Of a stretch of DNA of 64,000 bases, positions 48,265 through 61,456 are shown in pieces (the stretch's first letter is position 1; every line of letters starts with the position of its first letter). The stretch is from Mobula hypostoma (Eukaryota): contig NC_086097.1 in NCBI RefSeq assembly GCF_963921235.1, positions 62,808,001-62,872,000 of the forward strand. The letters run 5' to 3'. The translations under genes and the position numbers were made by a program. The notes beneath the pieces were generated by a model that saw only the letters and a program-made list of their open reading frames with translations, did not search any database and had not been told where the DNA came from.

Positions 48265-50259
48265 CTGAAGACACCTGAGTATCTCTTCAGTTTTAAAATA
48301 GTTGATCAAAGTTAAAAGGAAAATCCAGAATCTTCAGCATGTAGATTTTTGACTCATTCTGAAATTGCAGGATTTTGGAAGGGGAAATTACACATTTAAA
48401 ATGAGATGTTATTGATTTTTAATATAAAGGAGGTACAATATATTATGTGTCTCTCTGTGCATGGTACTTGTTATCTTCATCAAGTGCATTTTGTGCATTC
48501 TTTAAAGAAATCTATTAAAGTTGAAGCTAGTTATAGACATGAGAGTAGGGACAGAGGAAGTAAGAAGGTACTTATTATCTCTTATGAAAAACACAAGCAC
48601 ACTCAGTGGCTTCTCAGTGTTGCCATGATTTGGCATGTGAATCTTTATCGCAATGGCCTTTTGTACTTGAGATCATGAATCTAAGGGTACTCCGGAGACT
48701 ATTAACATGAAAAATAGAGGACATGTCGAAGGAAGGGAAGCAAATAGCTAATGATAATTAAATGAAAGCCACAGGTTTTTTTCAGTTACATTTTAATTTG
48801 GATTTTCTAAAGATTGAAATAAGCATCACTGTGAAAGCTTCAAACATCTTCAGGAATTAGTAGTGATGTCATTTGATTTCTGTACTTAAAAATGAACGAG
48901 ATAAATTTGCAAAAGCCTTCATTCTATTGAGAGGAGGATTCCCTGGAGTAGTTGGCAATATAAATATTAATATTTAATCAAGTTTTGAAATGTAAAAGCA
49001 TTTGAAAATTAAAACTTAGATAAGATTTTAATACAGCATTTCAGTACAACTTTCCTCACATTAATTAACAACTAGGCAAACCAGATTAGATAACTTGAAA
49101 TGAATACACAGGAGAATTTCCTATTATTTCACAAAAATTATACCAGGAAGTTTGGACCTTGGAATGATTTTGCTTCAAGTAATTTTTGAGCACCTGTGGT
49201 CAACCATGTAATTCAACAAACAGCTGTTACGATAATAAATGCTTCATCACTGTCACCACAAATTCATAGCAGAGAGGCATAATAAAAAAATGACAGTCAT
49301 ATATTCAACTTAGTACTTTGGTTCAAAACACAATACTGTTCTAATTATTTAGATATGCATAATGCACTTTTGTGCATATTGGTTTCTGCTGCAAGCTGTT
49401 TTATAATTTGTTTTGAGGTTTAAATTCAATATGCATATAAAGGCTGTAATTTGTACCTTCATCCTGTAGTTAGTAGATTATATGATTGTTTACAGGCTTT
49501 ATAGACCAATGAGTTATCTCCATTTTTGCATGTTTGATCAAGCATTTCTTTCCCCAAGAACTCATTAGTGTTTTTACCTGATCAGATACTTGTAGGATGT
49601 TGCTTGACCATCATCTAAGCTTTCAGGTTCATTAATTAACAAAGGTCTTAATTATCTCTCAATAAGGGTTAAGGAGTGTTGGCTTGCAATGGAAATCAGA
49701 GGATCTGCTCAACCTTCTCTATTTCTAGATAAAGATACTCCCTAACAGGTTTAGGTCTTGATTTGTAGGATACATATATAGCTCTGGTGCTCCAAGAGAT
49801 GGATTTCAAGAAACTCAAGCTTGCATAAGTGTTACTGTCAGGCAAGTGAGGGTGACGTTGACAATCTTCAATTCCATAGGAATGACTAGAATGTATGGAG
49901 ATTCAAAGCTGATTAAATCCTTCCTGAATCAGTATCTGTTGCTTTCTTTTTTCATACTTACCTAATATTCTGGCATCTCTGTGTGAGATAAGTGAGAACA
50001 CACGAAGCTTTCAGAAGACTACTGGGGGTGAGGACAGTCTGATTACAGTGGACAGAAATTTCCATAAATTTGCCAAGAAAAGGAAAATGGAAAGTTTGGA
50101 GTTAGGCAGTAAAACAGACATGGGAAAAAAGAGTGAACTGAGATTATTTTCATCCGCGATTACCTCAACCTAACTACCCAAATGCATCCCTTCATCATGG
50201 CCTCTCCAGGGTGAGGCAAGGTGTGCCGACTGCACCAGTCACCTTATTTGCTGTTGCTA

Positions 50260-52830
50260 TAATACCTGTATTATACAGGTATATGCACCAACACCAGATG
50301 GAATAAATGAGGATATAGATAAATTCTATGAAGAGCTTGAACAAGCAAAAAATGGATGCAAATCTCAAGATATTGTTATTGTCATGGGAGATCTAAATGC
50401 TAAAGTTGGACAAGGTGCTGATGGAAATACCATAGGAAAATTTGGACTAGGGGAAAGAAATGAAAGAGGTGAGAAATGGGTAGAATGGTGCAAGATGAAT
50501 AATCAGGTCATTCTGAATACCTACTTTAAAAAACATCCAAGACGCTTGTCGATCTGGAAAAGTCCAGGTAATAACACTAGAAATCAGATTGATTTTATTA
50601 CTATAAACCAAAGATTTAGAAACTCAATGACTCAATGCAAAACATATCCAGGTGCAGACTGTAATAGTGACCATAACCCAATAATATGTCATGTAAAAGT
50701 AAAACTTAAAAAACTAAAGAAGCAAAAACCTGAACAATCCCTTGACTACTCACAATTAATTAAAGAAGAGAACTTGAGACAAAAATTTACAATTGAAGTA
50801 AGGAATAGATTTCAAAGTTTAGAAATAGAATCTGTTGAAGATGATAACAATCATGTAGAAATGAAGTTTAACTCTCTAAAGGATGCCTTGGTAGAATCAG
50901 CAAAGTCAGCGATTCCTAAAAAAGAAAAAAAGCACAAAGAATAAATGGATGACAGATGAAATCAAAAATCTAATGGAAGAAAGGAGATGGAAGAAAGCAA
51001 ATCCTATAGAATATACATCCTTAGATAAAAAAGTTAAAAGATGTGTCAAAAAGCCAAAGAATAATGGTTAAACCAGCAATGTGAGCAAATAGAAAGAATC
51101 CTTATTACTGATTCAAAAAGGTTACATCAACAAATCAAGAATATCACTGGTAAAAAGCTCCTCTGTTCTTCAGGTGGATGTTTGAAAGCAAAGAGTGGTA
51201 CCATTATCATGGAAAAAGATGAGATTATGAACAGATGAACTGAATATATTCAGGAATTGTTTGAAGATGATCAAGGCGAAAAACCAGAAATTAAGAAAAA
51301 CATTGACGGTCCAAGTAGTTTAAAAGCTGAAGTTCATAATGCAATAAATAAGATGAAGAAAGGAAAGGCAGCAGGTCCTGATGAATTAGTAATAGAACAA
51401 ATTATCGCCCTTGAAGATTATGGAATTGAAAAACTTACTGATTTAATCAATGACATTTATGAGACAGGAATGATACCAGAAGAGATGGAAAAAATCAGTA
51501 TTTATCACTCTTCCTAAGAAACCTGGAGCAATAGAATACGAATTACATAGGACCATAAGTTTAATGAGTCATATCACCAAGATTCTTCTAAGAATTTTGA
51601 TGACAAGAGCTAAAAGTAAGATACAAGCTGAAATAGGTAAAGAACAATGTGGTTTTGTGAAAGACAAAGGTACAAGAAAAGCAATATTGATGTTAAGGAT
51701 ACTATCAGAACAGGTTATTTAAGTGCAAAAGATTTGTTTGTTTGTTTTATCGACTACACAAAAGCATTTGATAAAGTGAAGCACAATAAGTTATCTGAAA
51801 TATTAAAGGAAACTCTAGATCTAGATTCGAAAGACCTCTGCCTGATCAGAAATCTGTACTGGGAACAAACTGCCGCTGTAAGAATAGATGGAGAAGTGAG
51901 TCAGTTTACAAAAATCAGAAGAGGCGTTAGACAAGGGTATGTTTTCTCCCTTGATTTATTTAATATGTACAGTGAAACAATATTACAAAAAATAAGAGAC
52001 ATCTTGGGAATCAAAATTGGCAGTGAAAACATCAATAATTTCAGATATGCGTATACACTGTGTTAATTGCAAGTACGGAGGAAGAACTACAAAACTTAAT
52101 TGATATAGTTGTTGAAGAAAGTGCAAAAATGGATCTACCTATCAATTGCAAAAAGGCAAAATGTATGGTGATATCCAAAAAGAAGGAGAATCTTATCTGC
52201 AGGCTGAGAATAAATGGGGAAGACATAAAACAATTACAGAATTTTTGCTACTTAGGAAGCTGGGTGACATCAGATGGCAGGTGCGACATGGACATCAAAA
52301 GAAGAATAGGGATGGCAAAAGACACCTTTACAAGAATGGAGAGTATACTGACCAATACTAAACTAGGCATGACAACCTGCCTCAGAGTACTGAAATGTTA
52401 CTTTTATCCTGTTATGTTATGTTTGCTCAGAATGTTGGACGATATCTAGAAACATGACGAAACGAATTGAAGCAGCAGAGATGTGGTTTTTGAGGAGGAT
52501 GCAAAGAATATCATGGATGAAACGAATATCTATTGAGGATGTCATGAACAGAGCAAATACAAAAATAGAAATAATGTATGAGATCATGAAAAGGCAACGT
52601 AACTTCATTGGACATGTGATTAGGAAAGAGGCGTTAGAATGCACGGTAATTATGGGGAAGATTGAAGGGAAGAAAGCAAGAGGAAGACAAAGACAAATGA
52701 TGATGGAGACAGCAGCCAGAGAACTGGAAATGAATGCCAATGAATTGATCCACTTGACCTGAAACAGGAGTGTGTGGGCCATGGCAGTCAAAGCTCAAAC
52801 TGGGCACGGCACTCGATGATGATGATGATG
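50260..52830 (+). mobile_element. RTE-clade LINE (APE + RT), 5'-truncated, frameshifted, (GAT)n tail
   Basis: IIQVYAPT, MGDLNAKVG, RNQIDFI, YPGADCNSDH, KAAGPDE, CFIDYTKAFDKV, GVRQG, INNFRYA, IMGKIEGKKARGRQR. Confidence 0.95.
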
Positions 52831-54671
52831 AGTAACAGTATATCCACAATGAGAGGAAGAATTGTGTTGGAGAATGTACTACAGCTTTAGAGTGATGCAC
52901 CAGTCATGGTTAAAACATCTAACATTGATCATAATAGTAAATGAGTATATGTGGCGGTGCGTATATTGTTCAGTACCAGTCCTAGTTGATGGAGACTCTC
53001 AGTGAGCGTATGGATTGAGTGTGGTGCTTTCAGCACTGTCTTAAACATTGTGTTGTTACTGGGGTGCAGAGAATTGAGTTCAAACTCTACCTCAGCAGCT
53101 GTAGGATTTACACTCAAGTAATTAAATGAATCCGGAGAAAAATCCTAACATCAGCAAATATATCCATGAAATGACTGGTTTGTGATAAAAGAACATCTGG
53201 TTTACTATATCCTCAGGGAAAGAAGTTACTGAGGAGCAAAGTACTGGTGCATCAAGCACGTGAGATGGCAAATGGCTTTTGTTATTAGAAAACAGCAGTA
53301 AGGAAATCCTATTTCAGCTGTATAGTGGCTTTGTCATAACACACCTGAAATATTGTCTACTAAGCAAAGACCCATTAGGTTGGTTCTAGCAATAGTGAGC
53401 TTGCCAAAGGAGGAGATGTAGTTATTTATATATTGAGATAGAATGTGGAACAGATCCTTTCAGCCCTTTGAGCCACGCTGCCCAGCAACCCCCTGACTGA
53501 ATCATAGGACAATTTACAATGACCAATTAACCTTCTAGGGTCAACTGGTACTGTATTCTCCAGACTTCTGGAGAATGAGAAGAAATCTCATTAAAACTTA
53601 TGTAAGGCTTAGTAGTCTGGATCTTTGTCCAGAACTTATCAACAAGTGCATCTCAAATGCTTTCCTTTTTCCTGAATCATGGTTTCCATTCTACATAGTT
53701 AACAGAACCCTTGACTACACCTCATCTGCTTCCCACACCTCTGCACTCAGCCCAGTGCCTTCTGGAAAAAGTGAGAGTAGATTATTTTCTTTGTGTGTCC
53801 TCACTTACTGTAGGATTTGAAACTCTTCTATTCTGCAATGATACAGAAACATGGACAAAGTCATTTTTATACAACTTTTCACTTGTATTATTCATTTTCA
53901 TTGAATATGCTTCCTTAATTATTTTCCAAACTTATGCCTTATTATTAATGAGGCTCATCATGTTTTTATAACATGACTTCATTATATAATAGTTGTTTAC
54001 AGCTGCAGACATTTTAAATAAGTAATAAGCATTTTACTTTCTATGTTTGGTGCCAGAAAATGGCATTTATTTCAGCAATCAATTTAGTATTTTAATAGTT
54101 TATAAGTAATGTAGTCCCATATCAGATACCTTGGTGCATAAAGGCTGTTTCATTATTTGAATCATCTATGCTGAAATACCAAAATAACTATTCACATACT
54201 TCCACTAAGCATAATAACCTAACATATGGGTTTGTCTACAATAAGTGAAGGCAATGGCACAATAAGCTGTATTCTCAAAAATGAAAGCGTTTGGTAAAAA
54301 AAAAGTACATAACTCTTTCATGCTTTATTTATGGAAGAAAATTCTTTGTCTAAATGGAACAGTAGTGAACTAATACGTAAAGAATAAATAATCCAGATAA
54401 CATTCTCTGCAATCAATGGATTATGAATGCATCATGAAAATACAGTATATCCATAGTTTTGGTTTAGCTCAATAAAATGTTCTTTAATAAGGTAAAACAA
54501 GAAAAATGCTGGAAACACTCAATATTATTTGCATGAATTATTTGGATGTCAATACTGGAGGAACAGTCCACCGGACTGTGGATGATTTTTGTAAGTTCCC
54601 TAACAGATACAAAGTAAGTTGCTGCAGATTTTGAAGGGGCAAAGAGCCTCACATTGGGAAAATGACAGTTA

Positions 54672-55030
54672 AGTGGCCAGCATGTTAGTGCAACAGGTAG
54701 TCCGTATCCCTCTATGAACCAGCAATCCAAGTTCAATCCTGATCTCCGGTTCTGCTTCTGTAAAACAGGATTATCTCACTGTGAATGCATGGGTGTCCTG
54801 TGGGTAGTCTGATTTTGCCCCACATCCGTAAGACACACTAGCTGGTAGTTTAATTTGCTATTCTAAATTACCCCTGGTGTAGGGGCATAGTGCAAGTATC
54901 AGGGTGAGTTGATGGGCATGTGAGGAAGGATAGAATACAGGGAATTCAATGGGGAAATAGGATTGATGGAATTGCTCTGAGAGCTGACATGGAATTGCAA
55001 GGCCGAATGCCCTCTTTATGAGCAAATGCC
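54672..55030 (+). mobile_element. Decayed V-SINE-like element
   Basis: AAGTTCAATCC B-box-like motif, V-domain-like 'gcatgggtgtcctgtgggtagtctgattttgccccacatcc', CR1-like tail 'ggccgaatgccctc'. Confidence 0.5.
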
Positions 55031-55204
55031 ATAATGTGATAGATAAATCTTCCATTGTCCTATCACTATTAAACATATAGTGACTCAACTTTGCTGACAT
55101 TACTACACAATTCAGTTCACATTCATAACTAGTGCTGTAAAGTGATAGATAAGGCAAGTAAAATATAGGTTGCATTGCAGGATTATTTGACATAATAATC
55201 AAAG

Positions 55205-55884
55205 AGAGGAGGAGAAGATGGCGGCGCCACGCAGCACACGCGGCCGCTCCGGATTGATATCATATTTGTGAAGTAAGATGCCGTGCACAGTCCTGATATT
55301 ATGGAGACAGCCATGAGAAGCACAGAGGATCATCTGGAGAAACTTCTGAAATGCCTGCTTCGCTGCCGCTGCTACTGTGCAATCAAGAATCTCTGGAGTG
55401 GAAGGCCTCAAATCCTCGGCTTTGCCTATTGTCTGTTGCCGGGGCTGGGGTCAAAGTGCTCGGCAGAGATGGTGCTCAGTGCTTGGTGTTGGAGGGCTGG
55501 TCAGAGGCTCGAAGTTTTCGGATGGACTCGGAGTCGGACTGTGGTCAGGTGCTTCCAGGATGCTGCACCGGCAAGTTTGCGACGCTGGAAGCTCATGGCA
55601 GGAAGAATTTTCTTCCTTCTACCGTCTGCGTGGGATGATGGGACTTTCGAGAGACTTTGAGACTTTTTTTTAACGTATCCATGGTCTGTTCTTCTATCAA
55701 ATTACGGTATTGCTTGCACTGTTGTAACTATATGTTATAAGTATGTGGTTTTTGTCAGTTTTTTTTAGTCTTGGTTTGTCTTGTGTTCCTGAGATATCAT
55801 TCTGGAGGAACAAATTGTATCATTTCTTAATGCGTGCTTTATTAAATGACAATAAAAGAGGTCTGCATGTCCTCATAATCTAAT
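55205..55884 (+). mobile_element. ~650-bp non-autonomous retroposon (copy 3) with an intact YY1-like head AAGATGGCGGC
   Basis: Colinear with 22885-23563; AAGATGGCGGC at 55215-55225; TGACAATAAA..CATAATCTAAT end. Confidence 0.85.
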
Positions 55885-55889
55885 GGTAA

Positions 55890-57240
55890 GAAAAGTCATT
55901 TTCTCCTTGTGCAAGACTTTAGCTAAGCCTCATTCAGATTCGATCCCCTCACACAGCAAATGATAAAAGGGTATCTTTATAGATTCATCAAGGGCCACAA
56001 AAATTATATCCAACTTAAAGACACAAAACCTATGATGATTTACTTTTAAATGCTCAGACCCAGGTGAATAACACAGACATTAAGATTATGAAGATTCCAG
56101 TTTGTATTAATTTTAACATGATTAAACCAAATTAATGATCGTATCCAAGTTTAAGGCAGTGCTGGAGAGAGAGTACAAAGATCACATGGTAGCTGGGAAC
56201 AAAATCAATGCAGGAGAATAGGAATGGAGCTAGGGAGGAAAACTGGAGAAAAAAGTATTGACAGAAATAATAGAACAACTGTGGACAGTACATAAAGGAG
56301 GTATTGGCATTGTTTGGACAAATATATATTCCATTAATTCAATAACAAACAAGTCATGGATCAATAATGAGAATAAAACTGAATGTTGTGAAGTAGACCA
56401 CTATAATTTGTATGGGCAAGAGAGGAGTGGAGGTCAAAGGGGAATATGTGTTTAGGGAAGGGACAATGGGAAAGTATCAGAGAATATAATACAGTAAGAG
56501 GTTATATATACTATAAGTATAGACATAACACAAATCAATGCAAGATAAGTTCAAAGAGAGTGATGTTTGAATAGCAGAAACATTGCATGATTAATCATCC
56601 CCCAGCAATTAATTAAAGATATTAATACAGGGCAAATGGCAATACCGGATTCATACAAAGTTAAGGTAGATTTTATAATAGTTCAGATCAAAAGAAAGGG
56701 ATATTTGACGAATAGGTTAAAATTAAACAGAGCAAAACTCTAGGACCAAATGGCTTGAACCATGAATACTCAAAGACCTTGGCAGGAAGATAAACATACA
56801 GATTAAAGTTCCCCTATTTAAATAGCACTGTGAAATTGAAAGTTACAGATAATTCTAGTTTATGACCATGGTACAAAATATATAATAACTCCATCAGGAC
56901 TCTAAATGACAGATGGACAAAAATACCAATAAGTGAAAAAAATGACACCAGAGTAAAACATGCTATTGAAATAGTCCCAGCAAATTGGTTCATAACAAAT
57001 GTTATTTTCATCTTCAGATTTGCAGATGATCAAAATTAGGGGCGTAGTGGACAGCGAGGAAGGAAACACAGCTTGGTGTGGGATCTGGACCCATTGGGAA
57101 AACGGCTGTGTAATGACAGATAGAATTTAATGCGGACACGTGTGAGGTGCCTCACTTTGGCAGGCCAAGCTGGGGTAAGACTGACACAGTGAGTGGTAGA
57201 ACCCCAGGGAGAGCAGCACAGCAAAAAGATCAAGGAAAGC
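55890..57240 (+). mobile_element. Very old CR1-like fragments
   Basis: Residual IFRFADDQN.G.VVDSEEG at ~57010-57065 and scattered CR1-like words. Confidence 0.4.
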
Positions 57241-57280
57241 ATAACTCGTGGCATTGAGCACATAATAAGCACAACAGATT

Positions 57281-60200
57281 GAAGAACAGGACCTCAAGGG
57301 TGGCATTCTCAGGATTACTGCCAGTGCTATGTGATAGTGATGGTAAGAATTGGAGGAGATGGCAGTTGAATGCGTGGCTGAGGAGTTGGTGCAGGGAGCA
57401 GGGTTTTAGATTTTTGGATCATTGGGATCTCTTCTGGGGAAGGTGGGACCTGTACAGATTGGATGGGTTGCACCTGAACTCAAGGGGGAGCAATATCCTT
57501 GCAGGTAGGTTTGCTAGCATGGTTCGGGAGGGTTTAAACTAATTTGCAAGGGGGGTGGGACCTGGAGCGATAGAGCAGTGAAAAAAGTGCATGGAATAAA
57601 GCCAGATCTAACATATAGAGAGGCTTTGAGGAAAGAGAAGCAGAATAAACGGTGTAAAGGTAGAAAGGTAGTAAGGCAAAAGGGCTGAAATGTGTGTACC
57701 TCAAAGCAAGAAGCATCAGGAGCAAAGGTGATGAACTGAGAGCTTGGATACATACATGGAATTATGATGTAGTGGCCATCACAGAGACTTGGCTGGCACC
57801 AGGGCAGGAATGGATTCTCAATATTCCTGGATATCAGTGCTTTAAAAGGGATAGAGAGGGCGGAAAAAGGGGAGGTCAGGGATACTATTACAGCTACAGA
57901 AAGGGTAGGTAATGTAGCAGGATCCTCTTTTGAGTCAGTATGGGTGGAAGTCAGGAACAGGGAGCAGTTACTCTACTGGGGGTATTCTATAGGCCCCCTG
58001 GTAGCAGCAGAAATACAGAGATACAGAGGGGCAGATTGGGAGGCAGATTTTGGAGAGGTGCAAAAATAACAGGGTTGTTATCATGGGTGACTTTAACTTC
58101 CCTAATATTGATTGGCACCTGATTAGTTCCAAGGGTTTAGATGGGGCAGAGTTTGTTAAGTGTGTCCAGGACAGATTCCTGTCACAGTATGTGGACAGGC
58201 CAACTAGAGGGAATGCCATACTGGATCTAGTACTAGGTAATGAACCGGGTCAGGTCACAGATCTCTCAGTGGGTGAGCATCTGGGGGACAGTGACCACCG
58301 CTCCCTGGCCTATAGCATTATCATGGAAAAGGATAGAATCAGAGAGGACAGGAAAATTTTTAATTGGGGAAGGGCAAATTATGAGGCTATAAGGCTGGAA
58401 CTAGCGGGTGTGTATTGGGATGATGTTTTTGCAGGGAAATGTGCTGCGGACATGTGGTCGATGTTTAGAGATCTCTTGCAGGATGTTAGGGATAAAATTG
58501 TCCCGGTGAGGAAGGTAAAGAATGGTAGGGTGAAGGAACCATGGGTGACAAGTGAGGTGAAAAATCTAGTCAGGTGGAAGAAGGCAGCATACATGAGGTT
58601 TAGGAAACAAGGATCAGATGGGTCTATTGAGAAATATAGGGAAGCAAGAAAGGAGCTTAAGAAGGGGCTGAGAAGAGCAAGAAGGGGGCATGAGAAGGCC
58701 TTGGCGAGTAGGATAAAGGAAAACCCCAAGGCATTCTTCAATTATGTGAAGAACAAAAGGGTGACAGGAGTGAAGGTAGGACTGATTAGAGATAAAGGTT
58801 GGAAGATGTGCCTGGAGGCTGTGGAAGTGAGCGAGGTCCTCAATGAATACTTCTGTTCGGTATTCACCAATGAGAGGGAACTTGGTGATGGTGAGGACAA
58901 TGTGAGTGAGGTTGATGTTCTGGAGCATGTTGATATTAAGGGAGAGAAGGTGTTGGAGTTGTTAAAACACATTAGGACAGATAAGTCCCCGGGGCCTGAC
59001 GGAATATTCCCCAGGCTGCTCCATGAGGCAAGGGAAGAGATTGCTGAGCCTCTGGCTAGGATCTTTATGTCCTCGTTGTCCACGGGAATGGTACCGGAGG
59101 ATTGGAGGGAGGTGAATTATAGACCAGTGAGCCTTAAGTCTGTGGTGAGAAAGCTGTTGGAAAAGATTCTTAGAGATAGGATCTATAGGCATTTAGAGAA
59201 TCATGGTCTGATCAGGGACAGTCAGCATGGCTTTGTGAAGGGTAGATCATATCTAACAAGCCTGATAGAGTTCTTTGAGGAGGTGACCAGACATATAGAT
59301 GAGGGTAGTGCAGTGGATGTGATCTATATGGATTTTAGTAAGGCATTTGACAAGATTCCACACGGCAGGCCTATTCAGAAAGTCAGAAGGCATGGGATCC
59401 AGGGAAGTTTGGCCAGGTGGATTCAGAATTGGCTTGCCTGCGGAAGGCAGAGGGTCGTGGTGGAGGGAGTGCATTCAGATCGGAGGATTGTGACTAGTGG
59501 TGTCCCACAAGCATCTGGTCTGGGACCTCTACTTTTCGTGATTTTTATTAAGAACCTGGATGTGGGGGTAGAGGGGTGGGTTGGCAAGTTTGCAGACGAC
59601 ACAGAGGTTGGTGGTGTTGTAGATAATGTAGAGGATTGTCAAAGATTGCAGAGAGACATTGATAGGATGCAGAAGTGGGCTGAGAAGTGGCAGATGGAGT
59701 TCAAATCGGAGAAGTGTGAGGTGGTACACTTTGGAAGGACAAACTCCAAGGCAGAGTACAAAGTAAATGGCAGGATACTTGGTAGTGTGGAGGAGCAGAG
59801 GGATCTGGGGGTGCATGTCCACAGATCCCTGAAAGTTGCCTCACAGGTGGATAGGGTAGTTAAGAAAGCTTATGGGGTATTAGCTTTCATAAGTCGAGGG
59901 ATAGAGTTTAAGAGTCGCAATGTAATCATGCAGCTCTATAAAACTCTGGTTAGGCTACAATTGGAGTACTGTGTCCAGTTCTGGTCGCCTCACTATAGGA
60001 AGGATGTGGAAGCATTGGAAAGGGTACAGAGGAGATTTACCAGGATGCTGCCTGGTTTAGAGAGTATGCATTATGATCAGAGATTAAGGGAGCTAGGGCT
60101 TTACTCTTTGGAGAGAAGGAGGATGAGAGGAGATATGATAGAGTTGTACAAGATAATAAGAGGAATAGATAGAGTGGATAGCCAGCGCCTCTTCCCCAGG

Positions 60201-60480
60201 GCACCGCTGCTCAATACAAGAGGACATGGCTTTAAGGTAAGGGGTGGGAAGTTCAAGGGGGACATTAGAGGAAGGTTTTTTACTCAGAGAGTGGTTGGTG
60301 CGTAGAATGTACTGCCTGAGTCAGTGGTGGAGGCAGATACACTCGTGAAGTATAAGAGACTACTAGACAGGTATATGGAGGAATTTAATGTGGGGGTTAT
60401 ACGGGAGGCAGGGTTTGAGGGTCGGCACAACATTGTGAGCCGAAGGGCCTGTAATGTGCTGTACTATTCTATTCTATTCT
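57281..60480 (+). mobile_element. CR1 LINE, 5'-truncated in ORF1, young; 5-bp TSD AGATT
   Basis: ORF1 end (LNAWLRSWC..DGLHLN), ORF2 EN-RT, (CTATT)n tail. AGATT at 57276-57280 and 60481-60485. Confidence 0.97.
58050..60305 (+). pseudogene. CR1 ORF2 (endonuclease C-half + reverse transcriptase), 751-aa open stretch; 5' frameshifts, internal deletion and premature stop
   Basis: GDFNFPNIDW, GDSDH, KSPGPDG, YMDFSKAFD, KFADD. The stop at 60303-60305 replaces the conserved W of VVGAWN. Confidence 0.9.
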
Positions 60481-60993
60481 AGATTCTGCAGATGCTGGAA
60501 ACCCAGAAGAACAAAATATTGGAGGAACTCTGCAGATCAGGCAGCATCTATGAAGAAGAATAAACAGTTGATGTTTTGGGCTGAAACTTTTCATCAGGAT
60601 TGGAAAAGAAGGGGGAAGAAGCCAGAGTAAGAAGATGGAGGAAGGGGAAGCTGTACAAGCTGGCAAGTGATAGGTGAAATCAGGTGGGGTGGAAAATAGG
60701 TGGATGGGGGAAGGAAGGATGAAGAGAAGATGAAGGGTGATAGGTGGAAGAGGTAAAGGGTTGAATAGGAGAGGAGAGTGGAACATGGGAGAAATGGAAG
60801 GAGGAGGGGCACCAGAAGGATATGATAGGCAGGTGAGGAGACAAGGAGGCATATGAGAGGAGCCAGAATGGGGACTGCAAAAAGAGAGAAAGGGAAGAAG
60901 GAGGAAATTACCAGAAGTTAGAGAAGGAAATGATCATGCTATCAGGTTTGTGACTACAAGGACAGTATATGAAATGTTGTCCCTTCAACCTGA

Positions 60994-61456
60994 AGGGGCA
61001 AAACCTAGTCAGCTCCATCTTGGGTACTAACCTACAAAGTACCCAGGACATCTTTAGGGAGCGGTGCTCCAGAAAGGCAGCGTCCATTATTAAGAACCTC
61101 CAGCACCCAGGACTTGCCCTTTTCTCACTGTTACCATCAGGTAGGAGATACAGAAGCCTGAAGGCACACACTCAGTGATTCAGGAACAGCTTCTTCCCCT
61201 CTGCCATTCGATTCCTATATGGACATTGAATCTTCGGACACTACCTCACTTTTTTTTAATACACAGTATTTCTGTTTTTGCACTTTTTTTTTACTTCTAA
61301 TCAATATACGTAATTGATTTTCTTATTTATTTATTACTATTATCAATTTTATTTTTTTCTCTCTCTGCTATATTATGTATTGCATTGAACTGCTGCTGCT
61401 AAGTTAACAAATTTCACGACACATGCCGGTGATAATAAATCTGATTTGGATTCTGA
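60994..61456 (+). mobile_element. Rex1/Babar 3' end in Penelope
   Basis: ILGTNLQSTQDIFRERCSRKAASIIKNLQHPG..LLPSGRRYRSLKAH; CTGA shared at both junctions. Confidence 0.9.

Noticed and set aside
52995..53225. Possible old SINE relic
   Set aside because: Only a B-box-like GAGTTCAAAC and vague similarity; too degenerate to call.
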